Assembly: GCF_902459465.1 (NCBI RefSeq)
Contig: NC_047073.1
Location: forward strand, 16,492,001-16,556,000
From: Asterias rubens
Taxonomy: Eukaryota
Reading direction: 5' to 3'
Length of the DNA: 64,000 bases
Notes under the pieces: model-generated
What the model was told of the DNA's origin: nothing
The model's database searches: none
Seen by the model: the letters and a program-made list of their open reading frames with translations, nothing else
Translations under genes and position numbers: made by a program
In this document: positions 1-13,305 of the stretch, one piece after another
Layout: every line of letters starts with the position of its first letter
Numbering within the stretch: the first letter of the stretch is position 1

Positions 1-480
1 AAGACTATGGGCACTGAGAGGCGACAGTGGGCACGAACAGGGAGGAATGTGTCGTGGAAAATTATTGTTTACCGGAAGAGTTGGACTAAAAAGGTCTTCT
101 GACTTTGATCTCTACCAGCTTTAATTTTATATATTAGTATAATAAAAAGCCAAATTCCAGACACCCTTACAATCATATGTCATTATTGACACTTATCTTT
201 ACTTGTAAATAACTTCTGTTTCATGAGTGTTGCAAATTTGTTGTGTTATCAGAACTCTTTTTGGAGATTTGGGTGATTACATCTTTATCTTACGCATTAC
301 ATGTAATTCAGAAGTCTGATCGAACTGTGAGTTTGTCAAGTTGAAACCAAAGTCTAGCAAGTTGGTTTATCACCAAAGTTGATTATTATGAAATATGATC
401 TGACACACATATTCAACTATTTGCCAATGCAACATTTCCTTGTAGTGCATTCATTTCAGATTCTTAGACAACCAGCATTT

Positions 481-930
481 GGGCAGAGTGTTCAGTTTGG
501 AGAAAGGGAGTCATTAAAAATCTGAACCAAAGTCTTGGTTTGGGAAAAGTTTTGGGAAAAGCTAGGTTTGAAAAAAGTACAGAGGATTTCAGGAAACATA
601 AATCAGTGTTTGGGAAAAAGCAAGGCTTATGATATTCAAATCAGCATTGAGAATGCTGTCAACATGGTTTAGGGAAAACTGGAGCAAGCTTTTGGAAAAC
701 TAAAGAGACTGAGGTTGGAAAAACTGAAACAGGGTTTGGGAAAAAATGAAGCAGCATTGATTGAGGGAAAACTGAGTTAGGTTTCATAAAATGGGGGAAA
801 ATAGAATCAGAGCTTGGGAAAAACAGAAAGAGGGTTTGTAGGAGGGAAATATTCACTATTTCACAGGTTTAAAAACTAAGCAGGGTTACAACAAAAAGAG
901 GCTAGGTTGAGGAAAACTAATCTTCTGATT
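481..930. repeat. Degenerate low-complexity TTTGG(G)AAAA repeat in the STK11 U12 intron
   Basis: Recurrent GGTTTGGGAAAA-like units; explains ORF 659-856. Confidence 0.7.
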
Positions 931-959
931 TAAACATCTCCTTCTGGTCTTGGTGTTTC

Positions 960-968
960 AAAGGATAT
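960..968 (-). other. U12-type (minor spliceosome) 5' splice site ATATCCTTT, STK11 intron 2
   Basis: The minus strand reads AAG AT|ATATCCTTTG, a perfect RTATCCTTT consensus with an AT start. Human STK11 intron 2 is a known AT-AC intron. Confidence 0.93.
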
Positions 969-1052
969 ATCTTCTGCTTTTCTTCACTGTGAAGCACATC
1001 AACAAGCTCGATGACGTTTTTATGTTTTAATCTCTTAAGTAGCTGTATCTCT
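969..1052 (-). CDS. STK11: STK11/LKB1 coding exon 2 (84 nt); the gene continues beyond the left edge
   Basis: Not in the ORF track. TTGCAG|A GAG ATA CAG... encodes (R)[27 protein letters not shown]. Same length as vertebrate exon 2 and phase-compatible with exon 1. Confidence 0.95.
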
Positions 1053-2106
1053 CTGCAACAGGGAAGACAAATAAGAAGAGTAGGTAATTTGAGATGAGAT
1101 GAGGCTCTGGGATGAAAGATTTAATTGACTTGTGATGATGGAGGAGACATGAAGGCAGACACTTGCCCAGCGATAAAATAACTGATTAAATCAGGCCATG
1201 CTGTCCATGCACACAATTACCATGTTCATACAGACCAAGAGAAAATCCCATTTGAAACTGAACTCAGTATGTAGTGAGATGTACCACATTTTAAAACCAA
1301 ATGTCTGTCCAATTATTCATTTCAAATAACCAATAAGAGCAGTGTATGTTAATGCATCCTCAGTAGTGACTTTACATCACTTCAAAGAAACCTTCAACTT
1401 CCCAAATGAATTTAAAAACAGCATTGTATTTGAAAGATTTCCCTCGAAGGGATAAACTCCCCGTTTCATATCAACTGGATATTGCCAATAGGCAATGGAT
1501 ATTTCTCAATACCACACCTTCAAGGAGATGTTAATTCACCTCCCTGGGAGGTTTATTACGTGCTGTAAGTCGACACTTTGCGTAAACAATCAACTGAATT
1601 TAGGACTTGGGCCAAGCTATCTCAAATTGCTTAGCAGTCAATGGCTTGGAATTTAATGTTGACAGCATTTCAATAACATCATCATCAGAAATTATTACAC
1701 AATTGCATTTAAAGGGAAAGCACATCAGTGTGTTTGAAGAAGTAAATTATTTCCCATCCTGTAGTATTTAATAAACACATTTTACATGTACCCATTTTAA
1801 TCAAATTAAATGGTCATTAAAAAAAAATTAAAAAAAGCTTATGTATAGACAATTGTTAAATGGTTTTATAATCATATAGATTTTGCTATTCGGTCCATTC
1901 TGTAGTGTGTTAAAATAGTGGCAACTGAAATGATAATAATTTTATTTGTTTGACTATTTCTCATTGGACATAAATACAAGTACAGTTCATATTTGTGTAA
2001 ACATTCCTCTCATGTTTTTACATCAAGCTGCAAGGTCACATTCCAGGCTTTTAGGAAGCAACAAAAGCCATTTCCTGCATCCCAGGGACCAATTTCACTA
2101 AGTTGC

Positions 2107-2457
2107 TTAAAGCATGCAATGGACACAATTGGTACTTGGTGAACCTCAACATATGCATAAAATAACAAACCTATGGAAATTTGAGCTTAATTGGTCGCTA
2201 AAGTTGCGAGATAATAATGGAAGCACCCTTGTCACATGAAGTTGTGTGCTTTCAGATGCTTGATTTTCGAGACCCCAAAATCTAATTCTAAGGTCTCGAA
2301 ATCAAATTATTGGAAAATTACTTCTTTCTCAAAAACTACGTTACTTCAGAGGGAGCCGTTTCTCACAATGTTTTATACTATCAACCTCCCCATTACTCGT
2401 TACCAAGTAAGGTAATAATTATTTTGAGTAATTACGAATAGTGTCCACTGCCTTTAA
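2107..2457 (-). mobile_element. MITE family 1 copy
   Basis: Reverse-orientation homologue of 3004-3387; ends GTGTCCACTGCCTTTAA. Confidence 0.8.
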
Positions 2458-3003
2458 CATAGGTTAACAAAACTCTGCTAAGCTGCTTCATAGCAGGACA
2501 CTATAGTCACAGATGTTATGGTACATATAATGACAATATCATGGCTAGTATTTCATCATTTAAGCATAATTTTGTTGTGCTAAGTTACTTAATTGGACCC
2601 TGGTTGTTGCATGGGATTTCCTATTAAAAAAATCACAAAACAAGGAAGGTGTGTTTTGCTACTGGGAAAAGATAACCATAATAAACACTAGTAGTATTTT
2701 TCCCTGAATTGAAAGAAAATACAGTTCCGTATTAAACTACAATTGCCTTTATTTTCTTCTATCTATGATAATTGAAATCTTCTGCTGTTTTCATCTCATG
2801 AACATCCCATGGACAATTATACATGTTATACAACAAGGGTGTTTTTTGGGGCTTTCACTACTTTCTTGTTACTTCAATGACCATTTGAAAAATACATTTA
2901 ACATAAATGCAAACTTGCTGGGAATACAAAACATCAAGTGAGGATACTGGTCTTTGATATTACCAGAAGTACGGTATACCCCTACATGCACATTGTACCC
3001 AGC

Positions 3004-3387
3004 CTAAAGGCACTGGACACTATTGGTTACTACTCAAAATAATTATTAGCATAAATTCTTACTTGGTAACGAGTAATGGGGAGCTGTTGATAGTATAAAA
3101 CATTGTAAGAAATGGCTCCCTCTGAAGTAACGTAGTTTTCGAGAACGAAGTATTTTTTCGTGAATTTGATTCCGAGACCTCAGATTTAGAATTTGAGGTC
3201 TCGAAATCAATCATCTGAACTTCGTGTGACAAGGGTGTTTTTTCTTTCATTATTATCGCGCGACTTCGATGACTGAGTGAGCTCAAATTTTCACAGGTTT
3301 GTTTTGATGCATTCATGGTGAGATACAGCAAGTGAGAAGACAAGTCTTAGACAATTACCAATAGTGTCCACTGTCCAGTGCCTTTAA
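3004..3387 (+). mobile_element. TTAA-flanked MITE family 1 (Kolobok-like termini), near full-length copy
   Basis: TIRs TAAAGGCACTGGACACTATTGG / CCAATAGTGTCC...AGTGCCTTTAA and internal palindrome TCGAGACCTC-13nt-GAGGTCTCGA. Other copies at about 2107-2457, 10300-10509, 25855-26154, 28015-28389, 43539-43678, 44249-44586, 50503-50798, 51465-51584 and 58408-59041. Confidence 0.85.
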
Positions 3388-5084
3388 GAGACTTGGTCCT
3401 GCTTGGGAGCCAGAGCCTCACGGTACCACGATAGAATGAGAATCCATAAACCTATTTATTAGACAAGCTTCATCTGTATCCAGGTTAAACACATTACATC
3501 ATCCAATGGATAGGTAGGGATTTCACGCTTCAATCTTCCATTTGGATGCACAAACATTGCCTGGACAACAAGACTACTTGTTATTGTGTGACAGGGAGTT
3601 GATTAAAAATCAGTCACGACTTTAGATGGTTCCCATTCCCAAATTATTTTAATTAGTCAGGAATAAAGCGTACAATTGAAATAAAAAATCTGTCTCATGT
3701 TACAAATAAGTTCTTGTAATAACAATGTTGGAAAATGTATTGACAAAGTAAATGTATTTTTCTAGGATGTTAAATTCTTTTAAAAACATTGAGCAAAATA
3801 AGAACATTTGCAAGTTGAACTGTTAGTGGTTTAGGAGAACTATTTATTGCCAAGGGGTTTGGCAAACTTTCAATGCTCGGTGCTCAATACTACAATATGA
3901 AACCGAGATATGGTTTAATTTGTCATGTAGGCAGGAAATAATACCAGTTTTCAAATATGTTTAAAAGCTTGTACTGCATCCATCGTTTCGATCTAAAAGC
4001 TCATTGAAAGTTACAAATTACCTCCTTCAGAAGAAACCATTGGCGATGTACCATAAAGTGTGTCATTCTTGTGTTCATATCCTTTTTGCTCGCTCCCAAC
4101 TTTTTTTTCCTCCAACTAACTAACCTAATTCTACCTCCATACCTTCTATGTACATTTGCACGTACTCTTTTAGAAGGATGAGTTAATCAACCATTAAAAC
4201 AATTCAACTGCGCTGCGCAGCGCAGTTTGCATTCATAATGGCACAACTGTGCACAGAACTACTGTTCACACTAGACTGTTTAAATAAAAGGGACCTTGAC
4301 AGCATTGTAGCTACAGCAAATTGAGCGCCACCTACTTTTTGCTATAGATCATTTGGAATCAGGCCATGAAATTACCAACGGCAACTGCCCTGTGCCACTG
4401 ACCTTTGCAGCCAACTGCCATCATTTTTGCGGTAAAATTGTTTTTTAGTAAAATTGTATCATGCATTTATATTCGTACATTAAAAACTGACCTATCATCC
4501 TGCACACAATTACCGCTACACGTTTACATTTTTACAGTTCAAATATTCGTTGAAAAAAATCACTCAAAAATTCACTCGTGAAACACAGACCACTAGGCCT
4601 ATACGTGTACATTCATGATGTACATAATCTCGTGACACAGAAGCAGTCACTTCGTTTCTGAGTGTTTGTACTCATTTTTATCTCACTGCCTTGTGCGCTA
4701 AATCATTAAAGGAAATAAACATTGAACACTAGAGGGCATCATTTCAGCGTAAACGTCTTCTATTTGTCAAATTTACCAGTGCATTACGCAAAAGCATACA
4801 AAACAAGTTGTAAACGCCCCCCGAAATTCAAATATCCCCACGTAAACCAAATTGATGACAAAATGACAAGACATCGTCACGATTTGTCAATCAAAGCGTG
4901 TTCTCTAAAACCGACGAGACTTCTTGAGCCATCGATCTTCATGAAATCTACACTTGACCATACCTCTGCACCTTACTCTAATGACGTGGCTTGGCACCAT
5001 ACTTAATTCTCATGGCAATCTGACCTGCAGTCTATAGGCAAGGCAGATGCCGATGCAGTGTCGGCATATGGTAAAATGCCCTCA

Positions 5085-5395
5085 TTGTGGTCAAGTATAG
5101 AATGATTAGCATCACAGAATTAAGAGCACCGGATTCAAGCTCTGGTGTTTGACCAGCAGATTGTGGGTTCGAATCCAGGTTGTGACACTTGCTAGATAAA
5201 ATTGGGGAGGTAGTGCTTTCTGCTCTAACGGCCAGGCTTCCGACTAATGATACCCAAGCCTACATCCGTATCATGAACTGTAAAAGGAGCAACCCTGTTT
5301 CAGCCCTATGAGTAGGTGGCAAAAACGGCCTCTGGAATAAAATAATTGTAGCCCACACCTTGAAGTGGCCTTCAGGCCTTGTGTGTCTGGCGACG
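5085..5395 (+). mobile_element. tRNA-derived SINE
   Basis: Head TTAAGAGCACCGGATTCAAGCTCTGGT...GTGTGGGTTCGAATCC with a B box; a similar head lies at 19840-19925. Confidence 0.6.
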
Positions 5396-8300
5396 TGCAT
5401 ATACAAAAAAACAAAAAAAATCAGATGAAACAAGTCCAGTCCTTAAGAAAAATGAGGAGAACTAGAAACCGCTCTCCTTACATTATTAAGGAAAGCTCTT
5501 TGCATTCTTTAGAACCAAGCTTTACACACTTAGCCAGGTTCATACTTCCTGCAAAAACAAGTTTTGACATCAAAAATTCGCAAAAAATGAAGCACATCTG
5601 GCGGTTCATGATGTGTAAAATTTGAGGTTTGGAACTTGTGTGTACAAAGAGCTGACATTCAAAAATACGTAATCAGGATAAGATGATGGATTGCTTTTAA
5701 TATGTGTCATCAAAGCAAATAAACGGCACATCAGTAAACATAAATTAAAAAACGGCACATCAGTAAACATAAACTAATAAATGGCACATCAGTAAACATA
5801 AATGTTCCTTTTAACTCAGAGAACAATTTCCTGTGTTTATCAAAGGGAAAAATGCTATACACAGTATCAGTTGCTACTCAAAAATCTGAATTTTCAACTC
5901 AATATTCGATTCAGTGTGCACAATATTCGATCCAGTGTGCACAAAACAGTCTGCTGGATAAAATCGTTCCTTGTAAACTGAAGGAGGGAAAATACTGAAT
6001 AAACTGTTTTTGTCGTTTGTTTTTGAAGTTTGTGTATTTTGTTCACCTTCACATCAATGTAGCAACACCGAAGCATGAAAGGCAAACACTCAAAGACCCT
6101 TTTTATGTACAATAAAAAGAAAAAATCATTTGTTCAAGCATTATTATTAATAGTCAAGCCAGCAGCTGAACGATTACCAATCACCTGTAAACAAAAGAAA
6201 TTAGAAATTGCTACCTGGCTAGAATTAACTGACATATTACACAATTACAATAGTAAGTTCATGTAATTAACACAGCTTATTGCACACAGGGGAAATATGA
6301 TAGCGGCATGAGAATAAAGGTCTGTGTACTTTAAAACAAAATCATTACAGCCATCAAAAGAATCAATATAGAAGTATCTGATTCAAGAATGACGCTAATC
6401 ACTTTGTTCTAATAAAATGTCAAGTAAAATGATAAATCACCACATGGCAAATCACAAATTACAGTAGACATAATGCGAGTGTTGTACATGTACGATTCTG
6501 ACATGATGTAGAATTGAGCTGCAGTTCTTGGTCATGTTGGTAGACGTTTTCTAAAGGTTTATCCCATAAAATGTCAAACACAGAAATGGCAAATCTGCAC
6601 AAGGTAAATTACAAATTACAGTACACATAAAATGCGAGTGTCCTGCATGTACGATCCTGACATGATTTATAATTTAGCTGCAGTGCGTGGTCTGTTTTCT
6701 AAAGGTCAAATATTCAATCACTTACTTTGCCATTTTGAAAGAAGAAAAAATACAATACTTTCTTAAATGGAACTAGGTCACAGATCTTTCACTATGGCAT
6801 GGCAAACTTCACAGTCAAAGTGCAGCATTGTTAATGACAACAATTATCAGCAATTAATTTCAATATGAATAGCTCAGGCTCATGTACCAGTCTACTGTCA
6901 TTGAATGAAGTACGGATAATTTAAATCTGCACTACTTAGGTCTATGTAATTAATTTTTCATTCCACACATGTTTCATTCTATTTTTCATTCTGTATGCCT
7001 AAAAAATTATATCAATACACATGTGATACTTTGGTATCATGAGCGAAAGTTGTGTAATCTATCAAAAAACGTACTAGTTTTACATTATTTTTAGCCTGCT
7101 GTTAATGATTGTAATGTTCACAAATTTTGTTTCTAGATTTTTAAATCAAATTGCCTTTTTTCATCCATCAGGAATTCAATGTATCGAGTTACATGTTTTA
7201 CTAACAGGTTGAATGTTTTAAAGAATTTTTGCTTCTATTGTTACTTTACAATTCTGTTTCTTAATTTTTAATTTGTCAGTTGTACATGTACTTGCTTAGT
7301 TTATTTGTTACTAGTGCCATGTTTAGTGCCCTAAGAACATGTCAATTTGATTAAGTCGTTATAGGCCTAAGAGTTGGTAGTATTGTTTTACAAACGGTAC
7401 TGGTGGTAAGAATTATGTGAAATTATTTCTTCTGAAATGCACCCAAGTGATTGGAAATCAAAACTTTATTTTCCATCTTCTTCACATTCACAATCAATCA
7501 AGGGTCTTTAGGATGAAACCATTTAAAAAGCCCCCAAATATGTGTTTTGTACACCTAGAAACACATATTTTGAGGACATCATTTGAATTCATACAGTCAA
7601 ACTTTCAAAATGTAGCCAATGGCACCATTAACTGACTAGCATGTACATATGTACACATGTAGTGGGCATACAACCTTAGATCTGTTAATTTAAAAGACCA
7701 AATCAGGGCCTACACATTATTTCTGAAATTTCAATTCCGAAATAATAACTTCAGCAACAAAGAAATAGATTGCACCAAACCTGTCAACCACAACTATATT
7801 ATATAATACTTATTATGGATTACATCATACTATCAGGGACACCTGGCCTTTCAACATGTATCCAACAACCAGAAGGCATCTGGTACAAAAAGCAACCCAT
7901 AAATATCAAGAGAAAAAACATTTCTGTTTGCCATCATCAATACATCAGCCCAAGGACACAACAAAAACCCTCTGGCTTGGCCACTAGAGAAAAAAAGCAA
8001 AAGAATAAAAAAACAAAAAATGTGTACTTCATCAAGGTCAGTCTCCATGCTATAACTAACCAGCAAAATAAAATAAAACATAAGGAATATTCAAGGAGGC
8101 CCCTGGGCATGGTAAACATATTGGAGGACAAACCAGTGAGGAAACATCCAGGGTGCTTTTAATGTTGTAGGATGTGGTGCTATGCAGGCCTGCGCCCTGC
8201 CCTGGCACAGTGTCAAGCTCCATGGCCAAGCAACAATAATTGGGTCACCAATGTATATACCAAACCAGCCTAAAAATAGATTGTAAACATAAATTTATAT

Positions 8301-9227
8301 TAAAGGGATAGTAGTGTATGCACTGTTTAATCACTGGACACTGATCCATAATTCATTTCCCAGTAGTGTACACAAAGTGCAATATAGACCAGAATTAAAG
8401 ACCCACTTTTTGCGTACAATACGCATGCACTTTACATTAAAACCAACCATTAGTCCTGCTGCATTTCCGCAAGGTGCTTTAAAGAGTTACTCCGCAGAGC
8501 CAAACAATTTATGCGCATATTAATCTGCGCCCTTGCGATCATGCCACAGTGTAAATAGGTTTACCTTCATGATCGAAGAATATACTCTGTTTTTTTAAAT
8601 GTCACTGCAGGCCTGTTTGCTTTGTTTTTGAAAGGGCAAGGGCACCATTTTCTCCTTGGTAAAGTGCACAGCATGAGGGAATTGTAATTTCCATACTGTT
8701 CCGAGGACACCGGAGGGCATCGAGGCAATAGTCTTCGTTGCCTCCATGAAGTATCAGACCTGTGTCACTATAACCATCTCTTCCTTTCTCCATGCTATAC
8801 AACTGAACAGTTAATAGGATGTGAACCAAATTACATGATGCTGGGGGAAAACAAATTTTAACAGAAGAAAAACCTTTTTACTTTTCAAACATAAATAGTG
8901 AACCAGTCACAACAAAGAATGCATGTTTTTATTCCCAGCTTGTTGGTTGGTTACCTATAACTATTCATAAGAATGTGTTAGGGCCTACCTCTTTTTGCTT
9001 TGCTTGATTTGAAATATTGACCCCATAAGCTTACAATGCAACAAGATTGTATGTGTACATCGCTTCAATAAAATTGATCTCAAACACTCAAATCCACCTA
9101 CCGTTTGGAATTACTTTGGTAAAAAATGTTCAAAGAACAACTGGTTTGACACAGGTCTACGCTAAGGAGGTCCTGAGGCCTGACACTTCAAACGGAGGCA
9201 ATTCTGTTGAGTATTGAAGAATGCTAC

Positions 9228-9396
9228 AGCCCGGTTTATACTTCCTGCGAATGCGATACGAATATTGACGCCACAGGGCCGTTTTTGCAGTGAATATTTC
9301 ACAGGAGTTGAGCGCAAGTCCACTGTTGCGAATTATTTAATGCGAGTTTGTGACTTCAAATTGTTTTTCCCATTCGCAGGAAGTATGAACCAGGCT
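9228..9396. mobile_element. MITE family 5 (AGCCTGGTTCATACTTCCTGCGAATG TIR)
   Basis: A TIR pair is visible. Copies at 49163-49302 and about 57647-57830, and a fragment near 5531. Confidence 0.75.
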
Positions 9397-11882
9397 TTAC
9401 TCATAACACAAATGAGATCAATCGTCTCCTAGTGTTCAAGTTCAAACTGACTGCAGGTATTTAAAGAAAAAAATTCTTTCATTCCAAATCTGGTTAATTG
9501 TGAAAAGAAAATTCTGGTCATTTTATAAACATTTTGAGCTACAAGCACGTAAGCTTGTGGATCCCCCCCCCCCCCAAAAAAAAAAAAAAAAAATAAAATT
9601 CAAGTCTTGCCCATTTTCTTTGAATGTGAGTATCCATGTAGGCCTACATGTATGACTAAACAAACAGGCTGAGTGCCATAGGCTATAATGTTCGGTACGG
9701 TATACAATTTGCCTAAACAAAGCATTCTTGCATGAACACAGTTTCAGGTAAACAAATGACAACTCCTTCGCTTTTCAAGAAGAAGGCTGATCATTGCACA
9801 CAATCGTGCTCATTTTATAATGAAATAGAACGATCTTCCAACCATGAAAAATGGGCCAAGATGATTCTTTCATTCAGATGGCAATTTTAGAAATGTCCAG
9901 GCCAGTCTGGGAGTAAATGTCCTTGAGTCGCAGACAATGAAAGGGGTTTCTATATAAACTAAGTCATGGATGGATAAAAGCAATGAATGCAAGTCAAGTA
10001 GCAGTCTAAACTTGAAACAGGATGTTAGATACAGTCAGAGTTGTTGATGATGCGCTTTGAAACACATAAATGAGTCTGAATAACTGGAAATAGACTAATG
10101 AGTTTTAACTCATTAGTCTATTTCTAGAAAAATATAGAATCATTGCTTTGGTATCAACACAGACAAAAACTGTGCAAGTTTCATTCAAACGCCTACTCAA
10201 AGATGGTAATAGTAGTGAACATCCTGCTAAATTACATTGCCTGAAGTGCTCCAGTTGATTACAAATTAAAAAACTCCAACTACAAATTATGACATTAATT
10301 TCCCGAAAAAGCCCACGGGACCTCGAACCAAAAGGCTTCAGCTGAAGTCTTTAATTATTCACGTCAGAAATTACCTCTTTCTCAAAAACTAAAATACCGG
10401 TAGCCATTTCTCACAATGTTTTATATTATCCATTACCGGGTAAATTTTTATGCCAACAGTTATTTTGAGTAATTACCAAATTATTACTAATAGTGTCCTG
10501 TGCCTTTAAGTGGGTTCTTCAACTTCACAACCAACCAACACTGATGATTTATGACCAGTACTAGAGTGTAAGTGTATGATATCAAATCATTTCTAGAATG
10601 AGCAAAACTGCCAGCAAGTTTCATCTAACGCCAGGCCATATTCATGATCCCAATACTTGTGGGTAAATTTTTTGGATGGTATATTATTACATGCATGTGA
10701 CCATTAGGGAAGCGAAAGCTCGAGGAATTGCAGAGGAGGGTTGCAGAGGAGGGTCCTGATAGACCCAGGGTAATTCTGGCCCAGATCCAAAATTCTGGTT
10801 TATCCAGGAATAGCCCACTGTTGGTGTTTTACAGTACAGAGAACTTGGACAATGTAATGATCTTGTTATTGTAGAGGCCAAAAATAACCAGTTCCTCCCG
10901 CAGAGCTTTTCTAATGAAGCTAAATAATCACTGTAATGGTTTAAAGAATGAGTTTCATTCCCATGAAAGCAAAGTTCTTTTTGTAGTTTATACACAATGC
11001 AAAGCTTAATGTTCAGCTTTTTTTTTAGAAAGGGCAACGGCACCAAGGCGTTATCTCCTTGGTAAAGGGCATTGTAAATTTCTACTGGAGCATTTAAAGA
11101 CACCAAGGCAATGACCAGCGGGCATTGTAGACTTGACTCAAGTCCCAATCCCGTGCCAGCGCCACAGAAAATAATTGTTTTCCATGCCCCAGCCTGTTCC
11201 GCTTGCCTCGATCGCTGCTGCAATAACTACATTTTGGCAATGGGGGCGCACTTTTCTTAAGTGGTTGCTGGCGCGTTACATGTTTGGGACCTCACACGAT
11301 AAAGGGACTTGAATCAAGTCTAGGGGCATTAAGGCATGTGCCTCCGTTGCCCCCATAAAGAATCAGGCTTAGTATCCAATTGTTTTTATAGAGCCGTGTT
11401 GTGTAAACACGCTCATATATTTGACTTTGTGTATTTTATCAAATTGCCTTTTTATTGAATATTAACTATATAATTTATTAATTTGTAACCTTATCTCTTT
11501 ACTTAAAGTTTGGGCTCAAAAACCTTTTTTAACAATGTCCTTATTTACTGTTTAAACTGAACACCGGCTCTTGCTTTGTTTTCAGAGTGCCACATTGGAA
11601 AACAAAATTGTTTTGTGTTATCCTCAGCAACACTATCTTTTCTTGTCAGTAGGGTTTAAACTTTTTTTCTTGCAATGTATTGCAATCTTTCTTAATTATA
11701 ACAACCAGGTCCAGTTTTGTGTGTGAAATCTCTTTGCTAAATATCTCAATCCAACAATGACTTCAATGTCAATAATACTACGGTGTACAAATACAATATG
11801 TGCATTTTGTACGATATGGAGCAATGATCGTACATGTCTCCTGTCAGGGATGGGGGCATTGAACCAAATGCATGGTGCATGG

Positions 11883-11918
<36 letters not shown>

Positions 11919-12284
11919 CTGGTTGAGATTACTACCAAATGGAAAGGCAGGTTTTACCAATTTTCTGTATGCATGAACATGTCCTCTTCTACTATTACAT
12001 GTATAGAGCATCAGGTTCCACAAAACAATCTATCGATCATCCCTCAACAGCACGAAGTGTGAAACTTTCTGATTGCTTTAAACAATGCTCCTATTGTTCT
12101 GTGCTCAATGCAGGTATTTAATTACTTAGTAATTGAGCATCTGTTTGGATTAAATCACAATTAATATGTAGAGGTTGGATCAAGATTCAATTTGATCAAT
12201 GCATAGTAATTCCTGATTAACTTGCTTTTGTTTTTGTTTTTCTGCCAGGAAAATTTACTAAATTTGGGCTGTGAAAAATGAAGG

Positions 12285-12452
12285 CAAAATACAAGGCCCT
12301 AAATTATCCTAAATAAAAATTTAATATTATGAAATAACTTGGATTAATTTTGCTTTAATGCTTCCTCAAAATACAAGGCCCTAAATTATCCTAAATAAAA
12401 ATTTAATATTATGAAATAACTTGGATTAATTTTGCTTTAATGCTTCCTCAAA
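12285..12452. repeat. 82-bp perfect tandem duplication
   Basis: CAAAATACAAGGCCCTAAATTATCC... occurs at 12285 and 12367. Confidence 0.9.
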
Positions 12453-13189
12453 AAATTAATGTCAAACGAATTAGTTAACTACACATAGCCCCAGCTGATG
12501 TAGGCCGTCAACAAATAAATGGGTCAATCTCGTTATACAATGTAGTTATTTTATGTAATTATTGACCCAATTCACCTGACACCATCATCACAAATTCACA
12601 ACAATCTTTTGTTGTGCCAATGGGAGCCACCACAGCATCAGAGTTTGTTTAAATTTAAGTTGTATCTATTTTAAAAACTGTTACACCTGTAACATCATAT
12701 CAAAACTACAGCCCTGAGCCATTGTTGTCATTTTTTACTACACATGAATACCCACAATATAATTTTATGGTCAAAATGCTTTAGAATCATCCAATGGCTG
12801 GAAATTTGGATGAAGTCCAAGTTGGTTGTGTAACACTATTAAGGAGAAAGGTAACATTGTCTACAGAAGGGACCATGTTCTTTTATTTTTAATCAAAGGG
12901 ATGACAACAATTTCGAACAACGTGTCGCCCCAACTTCAATTACTTCAACCCAATTAAGAGAAATTGCGTATAATGTCAAACTTTTCATTATGCTTAAAAG
13001 CTTTGTTAATCTCACAATAGCATTTCCCTTGTGTTGTTGTTTCTTAGTGTAAGTTCTAAATTGTCAACACATATGGTGGAAAATTCTAGATTTTGTTATA
13101 CAAATATATTATAGATAGAAACTTTAGAATTTCATGAATATTTCATTAGTACAGTTTCTGCCCTCCAGTGTGAAGCATTTTGATGATTT

Positions 13190-13305
13190 CTGGTTTGATC
13201 AGGCTGTGAATCTGGTTTGATCAGGCTGTGAATCTGGTTTGATCAGGCTGTGAATCTGAATTGATCAGGCTGTGAATCGGATTTGATCAGGCTGTGAATC
13301 GGATT
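13190..13305. repeat. 22-bp tandem repeat (TCTGGTTTGATCAGGCTGTGAA) x~5
   Basis: Read directly. Confidence 0.9.

Noticed and set aside
659-856. 65-aa ORF with repetitive FP/VF content
   Set aside because: It is a translation of the degenerate TTTGGGAAAA repeat inside STK11 intron 2, with no splice or homology support.
1118-1191. Box C/D snoRNA-like arrangement (GTGATGA ... CTGA with an 8-bp GATTTAAT/ATTAAATC stem)
   Set aside because: It is antisense to the host gene, the stem spacing is atypical and no guide target was recognised; likely chance in AT-rich DNA.
5085-5190. tRNA-like sequence with a B box (also 19840-19925)
   Set aside because: No complete cloverleaf, and it continues into a repeat body. 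It is a SINE head, not a tRNA gene.
10687-11223. 178-aa ORF
   Set aside because: No recognisable domain; it overlaps dispersed-repeat fragments (AAGGGCA..GGCACC..CTCCTTGGTAAAG, also at about 8630).
11696-12062. Poly-Pro and poly-Gly ORFs
   Set aside because: Artefacts of the G35 homopolymer.
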